A DNA stretch of 64,000 nt from Candidatus Curtissbacteria bacterium RIFOXYA1_FULL_41_14. Its GTDB lineage: Bacteria > Patescibacteriota > Microgenomatia > Curtissbacterales > GWA2-41-24. How positions within the stretch are numbered: the stretch's first letter is position 1; every line of letters begins with the position of its first letter. The position numbers were made by a program, and so were the translations under genes. The notes beneath the pieces were generated by a model. The model searched no databases, was not told where the DNA came from, and saw only the letters and a program-made list of their open reading frames with translations. This document shows, in pieces, positions 1-8,445 of this stretch. The stretch covers positions 22,994 to 86,993 of the forward strand of contig MFCA01000025.1 of assembly GCA_001775095.1 (NCBI GenBank). The letters are read 5' to 3'.

Positions 1-74
1 TCGAAAGACTTGTCCAGAATCCCTACCGGGTAGATTCTGGAGTCACTCTACAATGTAGAGTTCCCCAGAATGAT
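1..74. repeat. GTCAT-ended palindromic element, left end outside the window, with the tail of a nested 30-bp hairpin unit
   Basis: cttgtccagaatc-N11-gattctggagtc-actctaca/tgtagagt hairpin-tccccagaatga; collinear with 43682-43791. Confidence 0.85.
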
Positions 75-96
75 AACTGAAAGACTCATAATAATT

Positions 97-155
97 TTAT
101 TCCCCGGGTCTTAGCGTCGGAAATATCTTCCTCTTTAGTAAAGAGCGATATTTCC
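97..155 (-). repeat. Second copy of the lysS 3' end (IFPTLRPGE*) plus a palindrome
   Basis: 97-126 on minus translates IFPTLRPGE*, same frame as lysS; inverted repeat ggaaatatc...gatatttcc at 119-155. Confidence 0.7.
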
Positions 156-159
156 TAGC

Positions 160-1608
160 TCAAGTTTTTGACCTGAGTGTCGGAAATAATATTACATCTT
201 TGATCGAGGGAGAGTTTGTAAGAATCATCACTAAACGATCCATTGACGGGCCAATACCTGAAGTCGGCGGCATGCCATATTCAAGGGCCTCGTTAAAATC
301 TGTATCTGTTTGATGGGCTTCTTCCTCGCCTAATCTTTCTTTTTTCCTTTCGTCTTGAAAGCGAAGTTTAAGGTCCTGCGGGTCGTTTAGCTCGCTGTAA
401 TTATTGGAGGCTTCCATCCCGGCGACGAAATGCTCAAAGCGCTGGACAAATCGGGGATCTTTACCTTTTTTAGCAAGGGGTGAGGTTTCAACCGGGAAAT
501 CGTAAATAATTGTCGGGGAAATTAAAGTTTCGACAACTTTTTGGTCAAAAATTTCGGCCAGGATTAGCCCTGCGGTTTTCTGGAAAGGCTTTAGAGGTAC
601 ATTTAATTTTTTTGCATGCTGTTTGGCCTTGTCAGCATCTGTTATTTTGGAAAAATCAACTCCGGTTGCTTCTCTGACTGCATCAATCATTGTTACCCTC
701 TTCCAAGGCCTTTTAAAATTAACGGCCGAATTCTGGTATTTAACTTTGGTTGATCCTATGGTTTTTTTGACAACATATTCGGTCATCTGCTCAACCAAAT
801 CCATATTAACTTGATAATCGGCATAAGCTTCCATGGTCTCCAAAATAGTGAATTCGGGATTGTGCTGTCTGTCAATTCCTTCATTTCTAAAGACGCGGGC
901 AATTTCAAAAACTTTTTCAAAACCGGCAACGATTAATCTCTTTAAGTAAAGCTCGGTGGAGATTCGAAGATAAAGAGGGATACCCAAAGCATTGTGATAA
1001 GTTTTAAAAGGCCGTGCTAAACCTCCACCGTAAAGCGTTTGCAGAACCGGTGTTTCAACTTCGATGTAACCGCGATCCAGTAAGAATTGGCGGTGAGCCT
1101 GGATGACTTGCGATCGCAGCTCGAAAACTTTTTTGACCTGCGAATTAAATAGAAGATCTAAATAGCGTTTACGGTATCTTTCTTCGATATCTTTTAGGCC
1201 GTACCAGGTAGAAGGCAGAGGTCTTGTTGATTTGGTAAGCAGTTCAAAATCTGAGGCGAAAATTGTTGTTTCGCCGGCTTGGGTTTTGTCGACTTTGCCT
1301 GTAACCTGGATAAAGTCGCCGATATCCAAAAGCGTTAACAGTTCACGGTTCACAGTTGACAGTTTGTCTTTGGAAAAGAAGAGCTGGATTTTGCCGGACT
1401 CGTCAACAAGGTCAGCAAAAGTTGACCCGCCGTGTGACCGAAGTGCCATGACGCGGCCGGCAGTCTGCACATTTTTACCCTGTGATTTTAGACAATCGGA
1501 GATATTTACTTCTTTTTGGCTTTTGGCAGGATAAGGATTAATGCCTAATTTCCTGATTTTTTCAAGCTTTTCAAGGCGAATTTTACGCAGTTTCTCCAGC
1601 GGCTCCAT
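160..1608 (-). CDS. lysS: Lysine--tRNA ligase (class II)
   Basis: OB-fold anticodon domain, YLRISTELYLKRL, FRNEGID, GMPPTSGIG, FPTLR; start moved to MEPLEK, 7 nt after TATACT. Confidence 0.97.
   Translation of the reverse strand: MEPLEKLRKIRLEKLEKIRKLGINPYPAKSQKEVNISDCLKSQGKNVQTAGRVMALRSHGGSTFADLVDESGKIQLFFSKDKLSTVNRELLTLLDIGDFIQVTGKVDKTQAGETTIFASDFELLTKSTRPLPSTWYGLKDIEERYRKRYLDLLFNSQVKKVFELRSQVIQAHRQFLLDRGYIEVETPVLQTLYGGGLARPFKTYHNALGIPLYLRISTELYLKRLIVAGFEKVFEIARVFRNEGIDRQHNPEFTILETMEAYADYQVNMDLVEQMTEYVVKKTIGSTKVKYQNSAVNFKRPWKRVTMIDAVREATGVDFSKITDADKAKQHAKKLNVPLKPFQKTAGLILAEIFDQKVVETLISPTIIYDFPVETSPLAKKGKDPRFVQRFEHFVAGMEASNNYSELNDPQDLKLRFQDERKKERLGEEEAHQTDTDFNEALEYGMPPTSGIGPSMDRLVMILTNSPSIKDVILFPTLRSKT
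1338..1365. repeat. Four heptamer repeats (ACAGTTC-like) inside lysS
   Basis: acagttc acggttc acagttg acagttt; encodes KLSTVNREL. Confidence 0.6.
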
Positions 1609-3061
1609 GAGGTAAAGTATACGAGGAAGGCGAAGAATTATCAATGAAGCTTGGAAGAGTTTGGGAATCGCTAAATGGAGCTCTAATTGAACCGTATCTT
1701 CCACTACGATCTGATACTAATTGTAAAAAGTAGTGGTATTCCTGTTCAGGTGTTGTTGACTGACTGAAGATAAACCTTAATAGTTCTCTTTTACCTTCTA
1801 TCGTAAGATTACCTGCATACCACTGATGAAGACGGAAACCAATTCCATAGGCGTAGAGATAAGTTCGCTTCACAGGGTCATCTCTTCTTTCTTGAATCTG
1901 ATTTCTTATTTCGTCTTCGGGTTCTGCTGGTAAAAATCTGTGCATATATGCAATCATTTCCTCATCAGTGGACCCTGTGGTGTTGACCATAATGTGTATA
2001 TTGTTATAGATCATCTGTCTCAAACCTTCCAGCTCAAGCTCTGACTCTGTATGTTCTGAGAAATGCCGATGCAAACTTGGTACAAAAAGATGGACTGTCT
2101 GGGCAAACCCTTCAATGGGAATCTGTCCCGGATAATGAACGGATGTCAGGCCTAAAACCCGCAATAACTCACCCCTATCTATGGCATTTTTCCAGCTCTC
2201 CATTTGCGCCGCGTGTCCGGCAATCTCATGGGCTGCCATAGCTTCAACTTTACCTTCTGTCCACCTGCTTGCATGCCTGACAGGGTGAGTATTAATCTTT
2301 AATGAAAATCTTTCGTGGTCTCCGTCAATCCAATCAATCCAATAATCGTCTTCTTTGACGGCTTCAATATCGAGCTCTGGTGTTATCTTTTTACCCAGGA
2401 AGTCTGAAACTGTTCCAAGGTAAGTTGCAACATAATCTCTCATCTTATCCGGAAGTGTTTCTTCGGAAACTAGGTGTTCACGTCTATAGCGTTCAATCGA
2501 TTCACTGTCGATAGCTCCAAATCCCTTTGTGATTGAGTCAATCTGAGCCATAAGTGTGCTTTCTTCGATCATTTGCGGTCTTATACCCTGAGTTAAGCTG
2601 ATAAATTCTTCAAATGGAAATTCTTGGTTTGTTTTTCCTCGATAAAAGGTGGAGTGGGCTATAAGTTCTGCTAGTAGGAATTCCCGTTGGAGTTGGAGGG
2701 CTGCTGTTTTCCCATTTCTGGGCAGTATAATTCTTTCTGCTCTGCTACGAAGTTCGTCAATAGACCCCACAATTTCTGTCCATTCTCTTTTTGTGGGAGG
2801 GCCTTGATGCCATTTCTTCCTTCTTTCTAGGGCCCTGCGATCTCTTGGGCTTACAGGAACGAGGTCGAAATCAACTAGTTTACGGTGTGGTCCTTCCATC
2901 ACATACGCGTCGCGTAACACCTCTATGGCTTCGTCGGAGAGCTCATAAAGTTCATACTCTGGCCCTTTTTGCTCCCTCCTTCTAAAGATAGAGGGTATTA
3001 TTCCCCTGTCTTTGAATACTATTGGTCCCCTATCTCTGAATTGTTCTGGCCTACTGGCCAT
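1583..3061 (-). CDS. Zincin-like putative metalloprotease (DUF885/DUF1704-like)
   Basis: HEIAGH and downstream EGFA; GGAGG SD before MASRPE. Confidence 0.6.
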   Translation of the reverse strand: MASRPEQFRDRGPIVFKDRGIIPSIFRRREQKGPEYELYELSDEAIEVLRDAYVMEGPHRKLVDFDLVPVSPRDRRALERRKKWHQGPPTKREWTEIVGSIDELRSRAERIILPRNGKTAALQLQREFLLAELIAHSTFYRGKTNQEFPFEEFISLTQGIRPQMIEESTLMAQIDSITKGFGAIDSESIERYRREHLVSEETLPDKMRDYVATYLGTVSDFLGKKITPELDIEAVKEDDYWIDWIDGDHERFSLKINTHPVRHASRWTEGKVEAMAAHEIAGHAAQMESWKNAIDRGELLRVLGLTSVHYPGQIPIEGFAQTVHLFVPSLHRHFSEHTESELELEGLRQMIYNNIHIMVNTTGSTDEEMIAYMHRFLPAEPEDEIRNQIQERRDDPVKRTYLYAYGIGFRLHQWYAGNLTIEGKRELLRFIFSQSTTPEQEYHYFLQLVSDRSGRYGSIRAPFSDSQTLPSFIDNSSPSSYTLPHGAAGETA

Positions 3062-3094
3062 GTTTTGCCTCCATAAACCCAAGATTATACTACT

Positions 3095-4456
3095 TTAAAT
3101 GAGTTTCTTCAAATTCGGTCTGAAGCGCTCGAAGATTTCCAACGAGGCATACTTCTCAACAAAATGCTGGGCATCTTCATAAGTACCTACTGCTAAAATA
3201 CGCTCAAGGGTATCGGCGAGTTCATTGATTGAGACAAAAAGTTTCGTAAAATTTGGCCAGGAGAACCCTCCGGCTTCCCTAATTGCGCCGCTTTCCAAGA
3301 AATAATTCAAAGCAATTGCAAAACCTTGGGCATAGTGAATAATACTAGGTTCTTTTAGGTAAGAAGTCCACCAGGAAAATGCCCGGGCTACAAACATAAC
3401 CATAATCGCTTCCAGTTCTTTTTGACTAATTACGTCTTTTAAAAGTAATGACCCGCAGGCTTTAACCCCGTAGATTGAGGCACTAATTTCATCAAAAACA
3501 GGGAAGTATTCTTTGAGTCTTCTTTCACTGTCACGATACCTTAAAAGGGTATGGGAAATTTCATGCAGGTAAGAATTACGCAGAGAACCCATCTTGAGTA
3601 CATCAATTGGATATCCTTGCTGGAATTTTCCTTCAAAAATGGCATGGAATATAGGGTGATGCTCGGCGTTAAATTTAATGTCAAATGAGGGTTTGAAAAT
3701 TGTAATTTCTGACCCATGTTTTTCCATTAAGCCGACATCGTTTGGTAAGTTCGAGCTGGTAAACATAAAGTGGGCAATCAAACCTGAAAAGATAAGAACA
3801 TCATCAACACGAATCTGAATTTTATCCAAGAAATCGACCTTTTCCGAAGGGGCTAAAACCTTTCTTCTTCCTGACACAATGTAATTTTTGAAAACTGTGG
3901 TGTCACTGGTCCTTTGCTCGTCCATAATGCCAACCCAAGATTGATAGGCACATTTTGTGAAGAAAAGTTTGTCATCATACCGCTCAATCGGGCCGATAAC
4001 AAAGTTGATTTTGTAGGGTTTTAATGAAAGCCAATAAATGTCACTTGTTTCATAATTGCCATCTAAAAGTGAATTGGCCTGAACCTCGAGGCGTTTAGCA
4101 AAATCATGATTTTGGGTAATTTTGGCAGCCTCTTTAACTAAACGGGCTACCTTCTCCAGTTGTTTTACGAATTTAACATGATAAGGGATAGCTATAAGTT
4201 CTCCCTTTTTATTTTTTTCGACCATCGTATAGGGTGAAAGGATAGCCTTGTTGTGCCTGGCAGCTTTGACAATTTCTTCTTTGGTAACATCGTGAGGATA
4301 AAAATTGGCGCCTAAGTAGTTGGAGTTTTCTTGTTGTTCATAAATGGCGGAAATAGCCTCGGCCGCATCGATAAGCTTAGTTACCACCCGCTTTTCGGAA
4401 GCTGACAATTTTCGAATGGCTTTTGCTGAAAATTTAATTATTGGTTTTTTGGTCAT
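3095..4456 (-). CDS. Zincin metallopeptidase, DPP III/M49-related
   Basis: GANFYP, GPIERYDD, NLPND, HEISH motifs. Confidence 0.7.
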   Translation of the reverse strand: MTKKPIIKFSAKAIRKLSASEKRVVTKLIDAAEAISAIYEQQENSNYLGANFYPHDVTKEEIVKAARHNKAILSPYTMVEKNKKGELIAIPYHVKFVKQLEKVARLVKEAAKITQNHDFAKRLEVQANSLLDGNYETSDIYWLSLKPYKINFVIGPIERYDDKLFFTKCAYQSWVGIMDEQRTSDTTVFKNYIVSGRRKVLAPSEKVDFLDKIQIRVDDVLIFSGLIAHFMFTSSNLPNDVGLMEKHGSEITIFKPSFDIKFNAEHHPIFHAIFEGKFQQGYPIDVLKMGSLRNSYLHEISHTLLRYRDSERRLKEYFPVFDEISASIYGVKACGSLLLKDVISQKELEAIMVMFVARAFSWWTSYLKEPSIIHYAQGFAIALNYFLESGAIREAGGFSWPNFTKLFVSINELADTLERILAVGTYEDAQHFVEKYASLEIFERFRPNLKKLI

Positions 4457-4929
4457 TTAATTTCTAAGACCCTGATCTTACTTTTAACCGGGCCAACTGC
4501 TACTTCTATTGTCTCTCCGACTCTTAAACCGAGAAGTGCTTGACCGACAGGCGATTCATTGGATATCTTTTTCGTTGCAGGGTCAGCCTCCATTGACCCA
4601 ACTATAGTAAATTCGTGAACTTCATCCCCCATCTCTACTACCACTGTAGAGCCAATAACAACAAATCCATTTTTGGGGGTTTCACTTATAATTTGAGCTT
4701 TATGCAGAACCTCTTCCAGTTCTGATATACGATGTTCTAAAAGAGACTGTTCTTCTTTGGCAGCATCATATTCCGAATTTTCGGAAAGATCTCCGAATTC
4801 TCTGGCTCTTTCGATCCTTTGAATAATCTGTGATCTCTTAACATTAACCAACAGATCATACTCCCCTTCTAACTTAGCCAGTCCTTGAGGGGTAAGGATA
4901 AATTTCTTGGAACTTTGAGTCATGTTCAT
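4453..4929 (-). CDS. greA: Transcription elongation factor GreA
   Basis: AREFGDLSENSEYDAAKEEQ, ISNESPVGQAL. Confidence 0.97.
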   Translation of the reverse strand: MNMTQSSKKFILTPQGLAKLEGEYDLLVNVKRSQIIQRIERAREFGDLSENSEYDAAKEEQSLLEHRISELEEVLHKAQIISETPKNGFVVIGSTVVVEMGDEVHEFTIVGSMEADPATKKISNESPVGQALLGLRVGETIEVAVGPVKSKIRVLEIK

Positions 4930-4984
4930 ATATGTAGGAAGCTAATTCTATTGCAAAAATACCTCCAGGTCAAGAATTGTGAGT

Positions 4985-5116
4985 TTAACTATTCACCTTT
5001 CCCCAAATGGATATGTCATCGCGAGGCTACGTAGTAGCCGTGGCAATCTAAAAGATTGCTTCTCCAGCTGCGCCGGATCGCAATGACGATTTGGCTGGAC
5101 AAAACTGAATAGTTAC
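4985..5116. mobile_element. 132-bp MITE-like element with IS66-type ends, carrying a palindromic repeat
   Basis: Inverted ends (t)taactattca / tgaatagttac; direct repeat ttgtgagt at 4977-4984 and 5117-5124. Confidence 0.7.
5015..5087. repeat. GTCAT-ended multi-hairpin palindrome (RPE-like)
   Basis: gtcatcgcga...tcgcaatgac ends; ggctac/gtagcc and gcaatct/agattgc stems. Confidence 0.8.
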
Positions 5117-5132
5117 TTGTGAGTTTGTTATT

Positions 5133-5248
5133 AGTTTGTTGAAAACCTCGTTATTCTTCGAACAATGTGAGAAGTCTGACAGTTCTCGCTACGGAGAGTA
5201 TCAGACGGTACTCTCCTACGCTCGAACAATATTGGTTTTTAACAAGCT
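5133..5248. mobile_element. MITE-like element containing a hairpin-family variant (5182-5227)
   Basis: 13/15 inverted repeat agtttgttgaaaacc / ggtttttaacaagct; internal gttc-tcg...gctc-gaac with ggagagta/tactctcc stem. Confidence 0.55.
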
Positions 5249-5285
5249 CTAAGATTGTTATATAATGATGATCGAATTTAGATTC

Positions 5286-5358
5286 GGCGCTATCGTCTAG
5301 TGGTCCAGGACACATGGTTCTCATCCATGAAACCGGGGTTCGACTCCCCGTAGCGCTA
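5286..5358 (+). tRNA. tRNA-Glu (CTC)
   Basis: GGCGCTA/TAGCGCT acceptor, CATGG-TTCTCAT-CCATG anticodon arm, GGTTCGACTCC T arm; full CCA not encoded. Confidence 0.95.
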
Positions 5359-5365
5359 CCTCGTC

Positions 5366-5466
5366 GGAACTAAACTTTTATGTTTCGCGAAGATTGCAAG
5401 CAACTTCGCTCAACTTTTAGTTTGTTCCTCCTCTCAAAATCCTTCGGATTTTGGGTGGGATTTTTG
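5366..5466 (+). terminator. Hairpins downstream of tRNA-Glu, possible terminator
   Basis: ggaac..gttcc and gcgaag..cttcgc nested stem; caaaatc-cttcg-gattttg followed by a T run. Confidence 0.4.
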
Positions 5467-5477
5467 TAAGGATTATT

Positions 5478-6314
5478 ATGAGAGTATTTTCAGCCTGCCC
5501 CGTTAGAAACCTATTGCAAAAAATTTCTCAAAATTTTTTGCGTCAAGTTAAGCTGACCTCTTCTACAAATAAATCTTTTGAATTAAATTCGACTTTCTAC
5601 AGAAAGATGGTTTTTAACGGGGCCTGCCTTATCAGTCTAAGCCTGTTTTTTGCTATTACTTTTTATCATCCTTTAACTTTTGCACAAGCTGAAAAATATC
5701 AGCTTCCAGACATAACCGAAGGACAAATTAACGAGGCGCTGCAAAAAACTGTACCGATAAGGCTGCTTCCCTCTCATCCTTTATATTTTTTAATTAGCGC
5801 CAAAGAGATAATTTCAAGGTTTTTTCAGCCATCTTCCATTGAGAAAACACGCTTTGATTTTATTTTGTTAGGAAAACGATTAAAAGAAACTTATCTGCTT
5901 TTTGAAAAAGGCGATTTTAAAGGGGGCAGTAAAAATCTAAAAAGATATAGTCAAAGGGCCTCTTCGCTGGTCAAGCAAATGGAGAAGGCAAGAGCGCAAA
6001 ACCAATCTGTGGTAGCTTTTGCAGACGAAACCGCGCAAGAATTACAATTTCATGAGATTTTATTTTCGGCAATCGCTAATAAATGGCAAAATACCAAAGA
6101 GTACGATATGGAAGATAATTTTGGTAACGCTTTAGGTGATTTTGTTAAGGTGGTTTTGGCAATAGATAATGTCCAGCCAGGACTAAAAAATCGTTTTAAA
6201 ACAGCAACCAGCTCTGCAATTTTAGAAACTGCACCGGCTGCAAGCCCAAGCCCTACCCCATCAACACTTTTTGAAACCTCACCTTCTGCAAGGCCGAGAA
6301 GGATAATTTATTAG
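5478..6314 (+). CDS. Secreted DUF5667-like protein with an in-frame MITE in its signal peptide
   Basis: LLPSHPLYFLISAKE...KRLKE pattern; Pro/Ser/Thr tail. Confidence 0.75.
   Translation: MRVFSACPVRNLLQKISQNFLRQVKLTSSTNKSFELNSTFYRKMVFNGACLISLSLFFAITFYHPLTFAQAEKYQLPDITEGQINEALQKTVPIRLLPSHPLYFLISAKEIISRFFQPSSIEKTRFDFILLGKRLKETYLLFEKGDFKGGSKNLKRYSQRASSLVKQMEKARAQNQSVVAFADETAQELQFHEILFSAIANKWQNTKEYDMEDNFGNALGDFVKVVLAIDNVQPGLKNRFKTATSSAILETAPAASPSPTPSTLFETSPSARPRRIIY
5498..5622. mobile_element. 125-bp MITE with CCCCGTTAGAAACC ends and a 4-bp CCTG duplication
   Basis: 13/14 terminal inverted repeat; cctg at 5494-5497 and 5623-5626; 129 bp = 43 codons. Confidence 0.85.
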
Positions 6315-6346
6315 GGTCTAGCGACTAGGGTTTAGGGTTTAGGGAC
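6312..6346. repeat. Five heptamer repeats (TAGGGTT-like) between convergent genes
   Basis: tagggtc tagcgac tagggtt tagggtt tagggac; first TAG is the upstream stop codon. Confidence 0.75.
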
Positions 6347-6355
6347 TGTATAAGA

Positions 6356-8371
6356 TTAAACCAGAAGGGGTATAAGTAGTAAGGCAACTATGTTGATAAT
6401 CTTGATCATTGGATTTATGGCTGGTCCTGCCGTATCCTTATACGGATCACCAACCGTATCGCCGGTAATAGCTGCCTTATGAGCCTTTGACCCCTTCCCA
6501 CCAAAATTACCAGCCTCTATATACTTCTTGGCATTATCCCAGGCAGCACCGCCGGTTGTCATCGAAATTGCCACAAAGACTCCAGAGACAATTGAACCCA
6601 TTAAAAGACCGCCAAGAGCCTTGGTACCTAAGGTAAAACCTATTGCAACTGGCGCAAATACTGGAATAAGAGCTGGTATGACCATTAATCTAAGAGCTTT
6701 CTTAGTTACAATATCAACGGCTTTATCGTACTGAGGTTTACTTCGGCCGCTTAAAATTCCGGGTATTTCCTTAAACTGCCGCCTGACTTCGTCAACAACA
6801 GCTGCTCCCGCAATACCTACCGCTTCCAGTCCATACGAAGCAAAAAGGAATGGCAGCGAGGCGCCAATTAAAAGTCCGACTAAAACTTTAGGGTCCGATA
6901 GAGTAAACTCGACATATGAACCTCTGGCAATTAACTCCTGTGAATATGCGGCAAATAACACTAAAGCCGCAAGAACTGCTGATGCGATCGCATAGCCCTT
7001 AGTTACAGCTTTAGTTGTATTCCCGACAGCATCAAGTTCGTCGGTGATACTTCTTACTTCTTTTGGCAGTTGGGCCATTTCGGCAATTCCCCCGGCATTG
7101 TCCGTAATGGGGCCGTAGGCATCTATCGCCACAATCATACCGGTCAAAGAAAGCATGGCAACGACTGCGATTGCGATTCCATAAAGGCCTGCCAGTGAGA
7201 AAGCAACCAAAATTCCTGAACAAATTACAACAATTGGCCAGAATGTGGATCTTAGAGAAAAAGCAAGTCCGGTAATTATATTGGTAGCATGTCCGGTTGT
7301 AGCTGCTTTGGCGATATTTTGAACCGTTTTAAACTTTGTCGAGGTGTAATATTCGGTTATCAACATAATAAATATTGTCGCAATAATGCCAACCAACGAT
7401 GTTAAATATATATTGAAGGGATCAAAAGAACCGTTAGCATTCATAAGTATCATTGTTGCCGGGTAAAAACCAAGAGCCGAAAGGGCTGCCGCGATGATGA
7501 GTCCTGTGTATAGGGCTCCCATAATACTTTTATTCCTTGGGAGTCTTACAAAAAAAGCGGCAATTATAGTTGCGATAATTCCAATAGCTCCAAGAACCAT
7601 CGGATAAACAAGTGCACTTAACGAATCAGGAAAAAGAAAAGACCCTAAAAGCATTGCGGCGACTAAGGTTACAGCATAAGTCTCAAAAAGATCAGCGGCC
7701 ATTCCGGCACAGTCACCGACATTATCGCCGACATTATCGGCAATTGTCGCCGGATTACGGGGATCGTCTTCAGGAATACCCGCTTCTTCTTTACCGACTA
7801 AATCGGCACCAACATCTGCCCCTTTTGTAAAAATACCGCCTCCAAGTCTTGCAAAAATAGAGATTAAAGAACCGCCAAATCCCAGTCCGACGAGTCCATC
7901 TAAGCTGCCACTAACCCCAAAATAGCCGGCAACAGCAAGTAGTGCCAAACCGACAACTAAAAGTCCGGTAACCGATCCTCCAGCAAAAGCCAGTGAGAGG
8001 GCTTGGGCAAGACCCTTTTTTGCAGCCTGGGCAGTACGGACATTGGCCCTTACGGAAATATTCATTCCTATAAAACCGGAGGCAGTAGAAGCAGCAGCGC
8101 CGATAGCGAATCCAATGGCAGGTTCAAGTGATAGTAGTAACCAAATTGCCCCAAAAATAATTATGGCCACTACTGCAATAACCGAATACTGTCTTGCCAG
8201 ATAGGCAGATGCCCCTTCAGCAATCGCATCGGCAATGCGGCGCATTTTAACAGTACCCGGATCCTGTGAAACAATTCGAAATGAGGTAATTACTCCATAC
8301 AAAATAGCTGCAGTAGAAGCAGCTAAAGCAATAGGCAGGCCAAGTGAGGGGTTAATACTTTCTATATCCAC
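6356..8371 (-). CDS. hppA: Membrane H+-translocating pyrophosphatase, K+-independent type
   Basis: [33 protein letters not shown]; GNTTKA has the Lys that marks K+-independent enzymes. Confidence 0.95.
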   Translation of the reverse strand: MDIESINPSLGLPIALAASTAAILYGVITSFRIVSQDPGTVKMRRIADAIAEGASAYLARQYSVIAVVAIIIFGAIWLLLSLEPAIGFAIGAAASTASGFIGMNISVRANVRTAQAAKKGLAQALSLAFAGGSVTGLLVVGLALLAVAGYFGVSGSLDGLVGLGFGGSLISIFARLGGGIFTKGADVGADLVGKEEAGIPEDDPRNPATIADNVGDNVGDCAGMAADLFETYAVTLVAAMLLGSFLFPDSLSALVYPMVLGAIGIIATIIAAFFVRLPRNKSIMGALYTGLIIAAALSALGFYPATMILMNANGSFDPFNIYLTSLVGIIATIFIMLITEYYTSTKFKTVQNIAKAATTGHATNIITGLAFSLRSTFWPIVVICSGILVAFSLAGLYGIAIAVVAMLSLTGMIVAIDAYGPITDNAGGIAEMAQLPKEVRSITDELDAVGNTTKAVTKGYAIASAVLAALVLFAAYSQELIARGSYVEFTLSDPKVLVGLLIGASLPFLFASYGLEAVGIAGAAVVDEVRRQFKEIPGILSGRSKPQYDKAVDIVTKKALRLMVIPALIPVFAPVAIGFTLGTKALGGLLMGSIVSGVFVAISMTTGGAAWDNAKKYIEAGNFGGKGSKAHKAAITGDTVGDPYKDTAGPAINPMIKIINIVALLLIPLLV

Positions 8372-8445
8372 AATTAATATGGGCGGGAGTTAGACGTCTT
8401 TGAAAAATAATACAAACTTTTGTTAAAATTTGCAAGGCTTTGGGA

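Noticed and set aside
97-162. TGA recoding (genetic code 25) or programmed read-through of lysS
   Set aside because: TGA ends many genes at expected positions with ATGA overlaps, and conserved Gly/Trp use normal codons.
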